Source: Deltaproteobacteria bacterium (lineage in GTDB: Bacteria > SAR324 > NAC60-12). From it: 14,253 bases of DNA. Positions 1-7,815 of this stretch are shown here, piece after piece. The translations under genes and the position numbers were made by a program. The stretch's first letter is position 1, and the number at the start of each line of letters is the position of its first letter. A model generated the notes under the pieces. That model was not told the origin of the DNA and made no database searches. It saw only the letters and a program-made list of their open reading frames with translations. Where the stretch lies: assembly GCA_038150265.1 (NCBI GenBank), contig JAYOTF010000057.1:1-14253 (forward strand), written 5' to 3'.

Positions 1-621
1 GTTCACCCGCAGCAGCACCAGCCGGCACCGCGAGCCTTCTTCCACAATGTAGGCAATGTTCAGCAGCTGCAGCAGTTCCACCGTGCCTTCCTGATCAAGT
101 GCATCCAGCAGCTCGGCAAACCCGGCTTCCTCCCAATACGAATCCCGGACCGTGAAGCCCACCAGCCCCCCGGAACGCGTCACCCGGATCAACTCGCGCA
201 GGGCCTCCGGACGCACATGCCCCGTCGTAAACGTTCCGACACAGAGGGTCGCGCCGTAGGTGTCATCCTCCAGCGTCAGGGCCTGATTCAGGTCTGCCTG
301 GCTCAGGTTTCGGTAGCACTGCTTCGCCTGGGCCTCCTGCAGCATCGACTCCGAGTAGTCGACACCATCCACCGGCCCCACGCCTTGAGCCTGCAGCAGC
401 TGTCCCACCAGTCCGGTCCCACATCCGGCATCCAGCACCGGAACCGATCGATCCGGCAGGTGTTCCACCAACAGCTGGACGCTCTTTTGAGGCGCCTGGT
501 ACCCCAATCGGTCGATCAGGTCCTCATCATAATTCGAGGCCCACTCCCGATAGGCTCCGGAGAGCTCCTCCAGGTCCTGGGCCTTCAGCACACGGTCATG
601 AATTTCGGTTCGGTTGTTCAT
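1..621 (-). CDS. Class I SAM-dependent methyltransferase (METTL27/WBSCR27-like), 3' end truncated by window edge
   Basis: Manually translated; not in the ORF track because no stop lies in the window. ATG at 621 is preceded by AGGGA, and the frame is open for 207 codons to base 1. Translation: MNNRTEIHDRVLKAQDLEELSGAYREWASNYDEDL..LGYQAP..VLDAGCGTGLVG..VDGVDYSESML..ADLN..CVGTFTTGHV..LRELIRVTRSGG. This contains SAM motif I (LDAGCGTG), the acidic residue after beta2, and a post-motif 'ELIRVTRxGG'. Confidence 0.9.
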   Translation of the reverse strand, partial: MNNRTEIHDRVLKAQDLEELSGAYREWASNYDEDLIDRLGYQAPQKSVQLLVEHLPDRSVPVLDAGCGTGLVGQLLQAQGVGPVDGVDYSESMLQEAQAKQCYRNLSQADLNQALTLEDDTYGATLCVGTFTTGHVRPEALRELIRVTRSGGLVGFTVRDSYWEEAGFAELLDALDQEGTVELLQLLNIAYIVEEGSRCRLVLLRVN

Positions 622-871
622 CGAATCCCTGGCATAAGCGGGTGATCATTCTGTTGGGTTGAAAGCCCGATCCCAGGCCCTCCAGACCCGCCTTCTGAAA
701 GAGGGTTTCAGGAAATAAACCGGCTTCCAACTGAATCAGTTTCTTCAGAAAAACGGACTCAACGCTAGCACAGGCCGGGCCCCCTGTAAACCGTCTGCGG
801 GAATGAGGCGCAGCAGCACCGCCTTCCTCACCCATGATTTTTGGCCACTCAAGGGGGCTGCTTCCTGCCAA

Positions 872-893
872 ATTTGTAAAAAATGATACAAAT
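872..893. promoter_or_regulatory. Candidate transcription-factor operator, ATTTGTA-N8-TACAAAT
   Basis: Perfect 7-bp inverted repeat (872-878 / 887-893) inside the only strongly AT-rich patch of the window, in the divergent intergenic region about 95 bp upstream of the operon's first start codon. Confidence 0.6.
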
Positions 894-905
894 CTTCAGA
901 AACGT

Positions 906-941
906 CTCTCTTTTGTGCAAAAAATCTGTATACTCCCCCAA
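906..941 (+). promoter_or_regulatory. Putative sigma70-type promoter of the catabolic operon (-10 TATACT at 929-934; no good -35)
   Basis: TATACT matches TATAAT at 5/6 in AT-rich DNA. The hexamer 17 bp upstream (CTCTCT) is a poor -35. A second short palindrome, TTTTG-TG-CAAAA (911-922), lies in the spacer. Confidence 0.4.
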
Positions 942-988
942 AATTTCTCAAGGCGCGTTGAGCCGCATGATTCGGAATGAGGAGGGAA

Positions 989-2029
989 ATGGCACAGCAA
1001 CTGGGCACACTGGAGGAGCTACCACAGGCGTTTCGAGACGCCATGGATCAGGCTGGCGTGGCTCCGCTCTGGCCCATGATGCGCAACCTCCTGCCGCTGG
1101 GGCAGCCGGCTCCCGTCACCCGTCCGGGGTACTGGAACTTCGAGGCCATCCGCCCACTCCTGCTCCAGGCAGGTGAGCTGACCCCGGTGGAGAAGGCGGA
1201 GCGCCGGGTGCTCGTGCTTTCCGATCCGGGACGAGGCGTCGGCGCCATGCAGGCCACCTCCACCCTCTACGTGGGCCTGCAGCTGCTGCTTCCTGGAGAA
1301 ACCGCTCCGGCGCACCGCCACACTCCCAGTGCCGCCCGGATTCTGGTTGAAGGCTCCGGCGGGTACACCGTCGTGGATGGCGAAAAGCTCCCCATGGAAA
1401 ACGGCGACCTCGTGCTGACTCCCGGAGGCGACATCCATGACCACGGTCACGAAGGCACCGAGCCCGTCATCTGGCTGGATGCCCTCGACCTGCCCCTGTT
1501 TGTGTCCCTCGAAGGCTCCTACGCAGAAGAGGCCACGCTCCAGAAGCCCCACTCGCGTCCGGATGCCTCTCAGCTGGAGTACCGGGCTTCCGGACTCGTG
1601 CCCTCTCGCCAGCGGCACCCCCGGGCTCGGCGCTACCCGATGACCCGCTTCCCGTGGGTCCGGACCGAGCAGACCCTCCGCCACCTGGCCGAATTCCAGA
1701 CCGCTCCGGTCACCGAGGTCGACTACGTCAATCCGGAAACCGGGCAAGACGTGTTGCCCACCATGGGGTTCACGGCCATGATGCTGTCCTCCCACCAGCC
1801 CCACCGACCGGTGCTCCGCTCCGAGAGTGCCGTGTTCCATGTGGTGCAGGGCTCCGGAACCACCCGCATCAACGGCACCCCGGTTTCATGGGGCCCCAAG
1901 GACACCTTTTCGGTGCCCGTCTTTGCTGAACTGGAACACCAGGCCCACACCCCGGAGGCCTTCCTGATTCGGGTCCATGACCGGCCCTTGCAGGAAAAAC
2001 TGGGCTATTACGAGGAGCGCGAGGCATGA
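989..2029 (+). CDS. nagI: Gentisate 1,2-dioxygenase (bicupin, NagI-like)
   Basis: Start taken at ATG 989, after GAGGAGG (979-985). Motifs: 'AGELTPVEKAERRVLVL', 'GLQLLLPGETAPAHRHTP' (HxH) and 'TPGGDIHDHGH' (third Fe His), 'PVIWLDALDLP', 'YVNPETG'. The N-terminus 'LGTLEELPQ..PLWP' resembles my recollection of Ralstonia U2 NagI. The C-terminal cupin lacks the HxH motif. A maleylpyruvate isomerase and a 3HB 6-hydroxylase are in the same operon. Confidence 0.9.
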   Translation: MAQQLGTLEELPQAFRDAMDQAGVAPLWPMMRNLLPLGQPAPVTRPGYWNFEAIRPLLLQAGELTPVEKAERRVLVLSDPGRGVGAMQATSTLYVGLQLLLPGETAPAHRHTPSAARILVEGSGGYTVVDGEKLPMENGDLVLTPGGDIHDHGHEGTEPVIWLDALDLPLFVSLEGSYAEEATLQKPHSRPDASQLEYRASGLVPSRQRHPRARRYPMTRFPWVRTEQTLRHLAEFQTAPVTEVDYVNPETGQDVLPTMGFTAMMLSSHQPHRPVLRSESAVFHVVQGSGTTRINGTPVSWGPKDTFSVPVFAELEHQAHTPEAFLIRVHDRPLQEKLGYYEEREA

Positions 2030-2670
2030 TCGAATTTCACGGATACTTCAGAAGCTCGGCGGCCTACCGCTGCCGGATTGCATTCAACCTGAAGCAGGTC
2101 GACTACACGTTTCACTCGGTCCACCTGCGCCAACAGGTCCAGAACCGCCCGGAGTACGTGGAGCTGAACCCCCAAAGGCTGGTCCCGACTCTGGTGGACG
2201 GAGACCAGGTCCTCACCCAGTCACTGGCCATCATCGAGTGGCTGGACGAGCAGCACCCCGAGCCTCCGCTGCTCCCGGCAGACCCGAACCTCCGGGCCCA
2301 GGTCCGGGCCTTTGCGCAGATCATCGCCTGTGACATCCATCCGATCCAGAACCTGCGGGTTCTGCAGTACCTCCGGAACGAGCTGGGCCAGGACGACGAG
2401 GCGGTCAACCGCTGGTGCCAACACTGGATTGGCGACGGGCTGGCCGCTTGCGAAGCCCTGCTGGCCAAGCAGTCTCACCCAGGTCCGTTTTGCTTTGGAG
2501 CCGACCCCGGACTGGCCGATCTGTGTCTGGTGCCGCAGCTGTTCAATGCCACCCGGTTTGGCGTTGACCTGGAGCCGCTGCCCAGACTCCGGGCCGTGCA
2601 GGCTGCCTGCGACGCCCTTCCTGCTTTTGCCAACGCCCATCCGCTGTCACAGCCGGATGCCGAGCCCTGA
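2026..2670 (+). CDS. maiA: Maleylpyruvate/maleylacetoacetate isomerase (zeta-class GST, NagL role)
   Basis: Zeta-GST motifs 'YFRSSAAYRCRIA', 'LNPQRLVPTL', 'TQSLAIIEWLDE', 'IACDIHPIQNLRVL', C-terminal 'AHPLSQPDA'. The start overlaps the dioxygenase stop (ATGA 2026-2029). Confidence 0.93.
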   Translation: MIEFHGYFRSSAAYRCRIAFNLKQVDYTFHSVHLRQQVQNRPEYVELNPQRLVPTLVDGDQVLTQSLAIIEWLDEQHPEPPLLPADPNLRAQVRAFAQIIACDIHPIQNLRVLQYLRNELGQDDEAVNRWCQHWIGDGLAACEALLAKQSHPGPFCFGADPGLADLCLVPQLFNATRFGVDLEPLPRLRAVQAACDALPAFANAHPLSQPDAEP

Positions 2671-2695
2671 TCCGGGCCGTTGGCGTCACCCCCGT

Positions 2696-2717
2696 TGATG
2701 AGGAATGAGCCTCATCA
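2696..2717 (+). other. Intergenic stem-loop upstream of dctP
   Basis: TGATGAGG-aatgag-CCTCATCA, a perfect 8-bp inverted repeat with no adjacent U-tract. Confidence 0.55.
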
Positions 2718-2743
2718 CGACCCCCACTTTTCAGGAGAGAAAC

Positions 2744-3784
2744 ATGAAGCACCTGACCGCCACCCTCGGGCGCCTGCTGGCGTCGGCCTCCCTCTTGACC
2801 AGCTTGGCCTGGAGCCCCCTGGCGGCCCAAGAGGTCACTCTGAAGATGCACCAGTTCCTGCCGGCGCAAGCAAATGTCCCCAAGTACGTTCTGGACGTCT
2901 GGGCGGACAAGGTGGAGCAGGAATCCGGGGGACGGATTCAGATCGACCGCTACCCCTCCATGCAGCTCGGTGGCAAGCCTCCGGAGCTGGCCAGTCAGGT
3001 CACGGATGGCGTGGTGGACCTCATCTGGACCGTCTGTGGCTACACCCCCGGGCGCTTCCCGCGGACGGAGGTGTTTGAGCTGCCCTTCATGATGACCAAC
3101 GCGGAAGCCACCTCGAAGGCCTACTGGGACCTCCATGAAAAGTACATGAAGGACCAGGACTTCCGGGAGATGCACATCATTGGGGTCTGGGTGCATGGCC
3201 CGGGGCTGATTCACTCGAAGGAGCCCGTGATGACGCTGGCCGACCTGAATGGCGTCAAGCTGCGGGCCCCGACGCGGGTGACCAACATGCTCTTCAAGGA
3301 ACTCGGGGCCACCCCGGTCGGCATGCCGGTGCCTGCGGTTCCGGAGGCCCTCTCCAAAGGCGTGATCGATGCCACCGTGATTCCCTGGGAAGTCACCGGC
3401 GCCCTGAAGGTGGCGGAGCTGGTTTCGAACCACACGACCTTCGGTGCCTCCAGCCTCTACACCACGACCTTCATCTTTGCGATGAACAAGGACAAGTACG
3501 AGTCCCTGCCTGACGACCTCAAGAAGGTCATCGATGCCAACTCCGGACGTGAGATGTCGGGGTGGGCCGGCCGCCTGATGCAGGAGTACGACGAGCCCTC
3601 TCGCCAGATTGCCCTCAAGCGCAACAACAACATCATCACCCTCTCCGATGCTCAGGTGAATGAGTGGCGCCAGGCGTCTCAGCCCATCATTGACAACTGG
3701 GTCAAGGAGATGGACGGCAGGGGCATGAATGGAACGCAGTTGCTGTCGGAAGCACGCGAGCTGATCGACCAGTACTCGAAGTAA
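2744..3784 (+). CDS. dctP: TRAP transporter substrate-binding protein DctP (probably aromatic monocarboxylate binding)
   Basis: Start taken at ATG 2744, after AGGAG. Sec signal peptide MKHLTATLGRLLASASLLTSLAWSPLAA. Motifs 'YPSMQLGG', 'GYTPGRFP', 'FELPF', 'DLNGVKLRAP' (carboxylate-binding Arg), 'EALSKGVIDA', 'MNKDKYESLPDDL'. Followed by dctQ and dctM. Confidence 0.93.
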   Translation: MKHLTATLGRLLASASLLTSLAWSPLAAQEVTLKMHQFLPAQANVPKYVLDVWADKVEQESGGRIQIDRYPSMQLGGKPPELASQVTDGVVDLIWTVCGYTPGRFPRTEVFELPFMMTNAEATSKAYWDLHEKYMKDQDFREMHIIGVWVHGPGLIHSKEPVMTLADLNGVKLRAPTRVTNMLFKELGATPVGMPVPAVPEALSKGVIDATVIPWEVTGALKVAELVSNHTTFGASSLYTTTFIFAMNKDKYESLPDDLKKVIDANSGREMSGWAGRLMQEYDEPSRQIALKRNNNIITLSDAQVNEWRQASQPIIDNWVKEMDGRGMNGTQLLSEARELIDQYSK

Positions 3785-3789
3785 TCCGC

Positions 3790-3863
3790 AAAGGGGCGTC
3801 CGCTGAGAGGACGCCCCTTTCCGGTGTTCCCCTGGGGTTCCCGCCCCCCTTGAACCCTGTTTT
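3790..3863 (+). terminator. Strong hairpin(s) after dctP: partial terminator or mRNA-stabilising structure
   Basis: AAAGGGGCGTCC-gctgaga-GGACGCCCCTTT is a perfect 12-bp inverted repeat (3790-3820). A second, weaker stem GGGGTTC..GAACCCT (3834-3858) is followed by GTTTT. Confidence 0.75.
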
Positions 3864-3875
3864 CACCAAGCTCCC

Positions 3876-4460
3876 ATGCTCCGGATCGTCTTTCAAGGGC
3901 TCGCCCGTGGAGTCGCTATTCTGGGAGGCATCCTCCTGACCTTGCTGATCCTCCTGATCACCATCAGTGTCGTCGGTCGTGCCGGCAACACGATTGCACA
4001 CATGGACTTTCTCAAGGAGAACCTTGCCGGGCTTTCCGACTTCCTGATTGCCTCGGGAGTGGGTCCGGTAGACGGGGACTTTGAGTTGGTTGAGGCCGGA
4101 ATTGCCTTCTCCATCTTTGCCTTCCTTCCCTGGTGTCAGCTCCGTCGCGGACACGCCACCGTGGACCTGTTTGCCCACTGGTACCCTCCGGCCATGAACC
4201 GCGCCATTGAGCTGCTTTCGGAGGTCCTGCTTTCTGCAGTGACCTGCCTGCTGACCTGGCGCCTGTACGAGGGCATGTCCGACAAGCTCCGCTATGGCGA
4301 AACCACCTTCTTGCTGCAGTTCCCCGTGTGGTGGGCGTATGCCGCCAGCCTTGCTGCCGCCCTGGTGGCATCGGTGGTGTCCGTCTATGCCGTGGGCGCC
4401 CGCTACCAGGAGCTTCGGAACCGGCACCTCGCTCCACCCGGAAGCGGAGGTGCCTCTTGA
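3876..4460 (+). CDS. dctQ: TRAP transporter small permease DctQ
   Basis: 194 aa with four hydrophobic segments, 'GDFELVE', 'GHATVDLF' and 'GETTFLLQFPVWW'. Lies between dctP and dctM. Confidence 0.92.
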   Translation: MLRIVFQGLARGVAILGGILLTLLILLITISVVGRAGNTIAHMDFLKENLAGLSDFLIASGVGPVDGDFELVEAGIAFSIFAFLPWCQLRRGHATVDLFAHWYPPAMNRAIELLSEVLLSAVTCLLTWRLYEGMSDKLRYGETTFLLQFPVWWAYAASLAAALVASVVSVYAVGARYQELRNRHLAPPGSGGAS

Positions 4461-5779
4461 CCGCGCTTGAAATCGGAATCGCCTCCTTCCCCGTCCTGCT
4501 CCTGCTGATCTTTCTGCGGATCCCCATTGGGCTCTCGATGATGATCTGCGGACTCGGCGGCCTGGCCCTCCTCACGGGAGGCCCCCACGTGGTGCTGTCC
4601 AAGCTGAAGTCCGAGACCTACTCCACCTTCTCGAGCTACTCGCTTTCCATCATCCCGCTGTTTTTGCTGATGGGACAGTTCTCCACCCTGGGGGGCATGT
4701 CCAAGGCGCTCTTTCGAGCAGCAGAAACGTGGCTGGGGCACCGACGTGGAGGCGTCGCCATGGCAGCCATTGGCGCGTGTGCCGGATTTGGGGCCATCTG
4801 TGGCTCTTCACTGGCCACCGCCGCCACCATGAGCCAGGTGGCGCTGCCGGAACTGCGGCGCTATGGCTACTCCGGAGGCCTTGCCACAGCGACCCTTGCG
4901 GCCGGTGGTACCCTCGGCATCCTCATTCCGCCCTCCGTGATTTTGGTCATCTACGCCATTCTCACCGAGCAAAACATTGCCAAGCTGTTCCTCGCGGCTT
5001 TTGTTCCCGGACTGCTCGCAGCGGTGGGGTACCTGATCACGATCTCCATTTATGTCCGGATGAACCCTGACGCCGCCCAGATGCGCGAGCGGGTTCCCTA
5101 CGGAGAGCGCCTGCAGGCCCTGATTGATGTCTGGCCCGTGCTGTCGGTCTTCCTGGTGGTCGTGGGAGGCATCTACCTGGGCTGGTTCACCCCCACCGAA
5201 GGGGCGGCGGTGGGAGCCGCAGGAACCGGCATCATTGCCTACGCCAATGGGGGATTGAGCCTGAAGAACCTCAAGGACTCCATTCTCTCCACGGCCAACA
5301 GCAGCGCCATGATCTTCTTCATTGTGCTGGGGGCCGCGTTTTACAACAGCTTCCTCGCCCTCTCACAGGTGCCGCAGGAGGTCTCGTCCTTTGTGGTCTC
5401 TCAGGGGTACAGCCCGTGGCTGATCCTCTCCATCATCCTGGTGCTGTACCTCGTGTTTGGCTGTGTCATGGACAGCCTGTCCATGATCTTGCTGACGATC
5501 CCGATCTTCTTTCCCATCATCTCGGAACTCGACTTTGGCCTGACTCCGGAAGAGCTGGCCATCTGGTTTGGGATCCTGGTGCTGATTGTCGTGGAAGTGG
5601 GCCTCATCACCCCCCCTGTAGGGATGAACCTGTTTGTCATCAATACCCTCGACCCTGACACCCCAATGGTCGACACCTACCGGAGCGTGACGCCCTTCAT
5701 TCTCTCTGATCTGATTCGAGTCGTGATCCTGGTGCTCTTTCCAGGCATCACCCTGTTTTTGTTGCGCTGGACCAGCTAA
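4457..5779 (+). CDS. dctM: TRAP transporter large permease DctM
   Basis: True start is probably TTG 4457 (GGAGGT at 4446-4451; TTGA overlap with the dctQ stop), giving 440 aa. DctM motifs 'IPLFLLMG', 'FGAICGSSLATAA', 'GTLGILIPPS', 'FTPTEGAAVG', 'GLITPPVGMNLFV'. Confidence 0.93.
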   Translation: MTALEIGIASFPVLLLLIFLRIPIGLSMMICGLGGLALLTGGPHVVLSKLKSETYSTFSSYSLSIIPLFLLMGQFSTLGGMSKALFRAAETWLGHRRGGVAMAAIGACAGFGAICGSSLATAATMSQVALPELRRYGYSGGLATATLAAGGTLGILIPPSVILVIYAILTEQNIAKLFLAAFVPGLLAAVGYLITISIYVRMNPDAAQMRERVPYGERLQALIDVWPVLSVFLVVVGGIYLGWFTPTEGAAVGAAGTGIIAYANGGLSLKNLKDSILSTANSSAMIFFIVLGAAFYNSFLALSQVPQEVSSFVVSQGYSPWLILSIILVLYLVFGCVMDSLSMILLTIPIFFPIISELDFGLTPEELAIWFGILVLIVVEVGLITPPVGMNLFVINTLDPDTPMVDTYRSVTPFILSDLIRVVILVLFPGITLFLLRWTS

Positions 5780-5805
5780 GGCGTGGTCTGGAAATGGAAA
5801 AAAGG

Positions 5806-7005
5806 ATGAACCAGCAACCGATCATCATTGCCGGCGGCGGCATTGGAGGCCTGACCTGTGCCCTTGGTCTGGCGCAGAAGGGATTTCCTTCAATTGTGCT
5901 CGAACGCGCCTCCAGGCTTGGAGAAATTGGGGCAGGCATTCAGCTCGGTCCCAATGCCTTCCATGCCTTTGACTACCTCGGCGTGGGAGATGCTGCACGC
6001 CAGATGGCCGTGTACATCGACAGCCTCCTGCTCATGGACGCCCTCTCCGGAGCAGAGATCACCCACATCCCCCTGGGCGACGACTTCCGGCAGCGCTTCC
6101 GGAACCCCTACGCGGTGGTGCACCGGGGCGACCTCCATGGCGTCTTCCTCAAGGCCTGTGAAGCCAGCCCCCTCATTCAGCTGCGCACCAGCGCCGAAGT
6201 GGTTGATTACGAACAGCAGGGCAGCTCCGTCACCGCCTTGCTGAAAGACGGGGAGCGCGTCTCCGGAGCCGGACTCGTCGGCGCCGATGGCCTCTGGTCC
6301 AACATCCGCAAGCGGGTCGTGGGCGACTCCGCCCCTCGGGTCTCCGGGCACACGTCTTATCGTTCGGTCATTCCCACCGAGGAGATGCCGGAAAACCTGC
6401 GCTGGAACGCCGCGACGCTCTGGGCGGGTCCGAAGTGCCACATTGTTCACTACCCCCTCTCGGGCTGGAAGGTGTTCAACCTCGTGGTCACGTACCACAA
6501 CAATGCTCCGGAGCCTGTTGCCGGGAAGCCCGTTCCTGTGGAAGAGGTCCACCGGGGCTTTGAGCACATCCATGCCATTCCGCGCCAGATCATTGAACGT
6601 GGCAAGGACTGGAAGCTGTGGGTGCTGTGTGACCGAGACCCCGTGGACGGCTGGGTTGATGGACGCGTCGCCCTCCTCGGAGATGCCGCCCATCCGATGC
6701 TGCAGTACTTTGCGCAGGGCGCCTGCATGGCCATGGAAGACTCCGTCTCCCTGGCCTCGGAAATGGAGGCCCACTCCGGAGACTGGGAAGCCGCCCTGCA
6801 GGCCTACCAGGAAAACCGAGTGGTCCGGACCGCCCGGGTCCAGCTGCAGTCTCGCCTGATTGGCGAACACATCTACCACCCCGGAGGCGCCCACGCCAAG
6901 CTCCGCAATGCCATCATGCAGGCCAAGACGCCCGAGCAGTGGTACGACACCGTGGAGTGGCTCTATGGCGGTTCCGGACTGCGTGGAACGGTCTCTACCA
7001 CCTGA
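5806..7005 (+). CDS. 3-hydroxybenzoate 6-monooxygenase (group A FAD monooxygenase; NagX/XlnD/MhbM-like)
   Basis: FAD fingerprints GGGIGG, 'EIGAGIQLGPNA', 'VGADGLWS' (DG) and 'LLGDAAHPMLQYFAQGACMAMED' (GD). His212, Tyr216 and Gln300 (counting from ATG 5806) match the spacing of the H213/Y217/Q301 active-site residues of Rhodococcus jostii 3HB6H. Alternative start at 5794. Confidence 0.87.
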   Translation: MNQQPIIIAGGGIGGLTCALGLAQKGFPSIVLERASRLGEIGAGIQLGPNAFHAFDYLGVGDAARQMAVYIDSLLLMDALSGAEITHIPLGDDFRQRFRNPYAVVHRGDLHGVFLKACEASPLIQLRTSAEVVDYEQQGSSVTALLKDGERVSGAGLVGADGLWSNIRKRVVGDSAPRVSGHTSYRSVIPTEEMPENLRWNAATLWAGPKCHIVHYPLSGWKVFNLVVTYHNNAPEPVAGKPVPVEEVHRGFEHIHAIPRQIIERGKDWKLWVLCDRDPVDGWVDGRVALLGDAAHPMLQYFAQGACMAMEDSVSLASEMEAHSGDWEAALQAYQENRVVRTARVQLQSRLIGEHIYHPGGAHAKLRNAIMQAKTPEQWYDTVEWLYGGSGLRGTVSTT

Positions 7006-7028
7006 ACTCACTTTCCCCCAACGGACTC

Positions 7029-7796
7029 ATGAAACTACAGGGAACAATTGCGCTGGTCACCGGAGGTGCCAGTGGTTTGGGACGCGCCTCCGCCGAACAC
7101 CTCGCGCATCAGGGCGCCCGGGTCGTGGTGCTCGATCGCTCGGTCGAGGCGGCTCAGGCCGTTGCTCAGCGCCTGCAGGGCCTGGCGGTTCAGGCGGATG
7201 TCTCTGATGAGGCCTCGGTTCAGGCGGCCTTCGACCAGGTCGTCTCCGAGTGGGGGCAGCCGCCTCGCCTCATTGTCAACTGCGCCGGCATCGGCACCGC
7301 CTCTCGCATCCTGCCGCGCGATGGCGGCCTGTCCGTCGACACCTTCCGGCAGACCATTCAGGTCAACCTGATCGGGACCTACATCGTCATGAGCGTCGCC
7401 GCACTGGCTCTGTCTCAGGTAGAGCCTGACTCTGAAGACGGAGAGCGGGGCGTCCTCATCAACACCGCCTCCGTCGCCTTTCAGGATGGTCAGGTTGGGC
7501 AGTCTGCCTATGCGGCCTCCAAGGGCGGAATCGTCTCGCTGGCGCTGCCTGCTGCCCGGGAACTCGCACGCCTCGGCATCCGGGTGATGACCATTGCGCC
7601 CGGACTCTTCCGGACGCCCTTGATGGAGACCCTCCCGGAAGAGGTGCAGCAGGCCATCACCAGCAACATTCCCTTTCCTGCCCGGCTCGGCGCTCCGGAA
7701 GAGTTTGCGGCGCTGGTGGAACACATTGCTCAAAACCCAAGCCTCAACGGTGAGGTCATTCGGCTCGACGGAGCCCTGCGACTTCCTCCTCGATAA
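7029..7796 (+). CDS. SDR 3-hydroxyacyl-CoA dehydrogenase (HSD10/type II-like; CouN/PhdB/Atu1415 role)
   Basis: Start taken at ATG 7029, giving 255 aa. TGGASGLG, Asp at the end of beta2 (NAD preference), NCAGIG, 'ERGVLINTASVAFQDGQVGQSAYAASKGG' (YxxxK), 'IAPGLFRTP', 'LNGEVIRLDGALR'. Confidence 0.88.
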   Translation: MKLQGTIALVTGGASGLGRASAEHLAHQGARVVVLDRSVEAAQAVAQRLQGLAVQADVSDEASVQAAFDQVVSEWGQPPRLIVNCAGIGTASRILPRDGGLSVDTFRQTIQVNLIGTYIVMSVAALALSQVEPDSEDGERGVLINTASVAFQDGQVGQSAYAASKGGIVSLALPAARELARLGIRVMTIAPGLFRTPLMETLPEEVQQAITSNIPFPARLGAPEEFAALVEHIAQNPSLNGEVIRLDGALRLPPR

Positions 7797-7815
7797 GCCT
7801 TTTTTCCAAAAGCCC

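Noticed and set aside
217..645. 142-aa + strand ORF
   Set aside because: Antisense to the methyltransferase, which has clear family motifs.
990..1004. TGGCAC as a sigma54 -24 element
   Set aside because: The -12 position reads GG rather than GC, and the site overlaps the start codon.
596..1044. Small minus-strand ORFs (596-871, 745-1044) as a possible divergent regulator
   Set aside because: No HTH, MarR or LysR features. They overlap real genes and the AT-rich promoter.
989..2029. Salicylate 1,2-dioxygenase assignment based on Gly in 'YVGLQ'
   Set aside because: Gly at this position also occurs in ordinary proteobacterial gentisate dioxygenases, and the linked 3HB 6-hydroxylase points to gentisate.
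4328..4456. ORF-track N-terminal extension of DctM (similarly 2705, 6939, 7705, 10415, 977 starts)
   Set aside because: Most of the extensions overlap upstream genes or hairpins and do not look like protein. Downstream starts fit the SD position and/or family length better.
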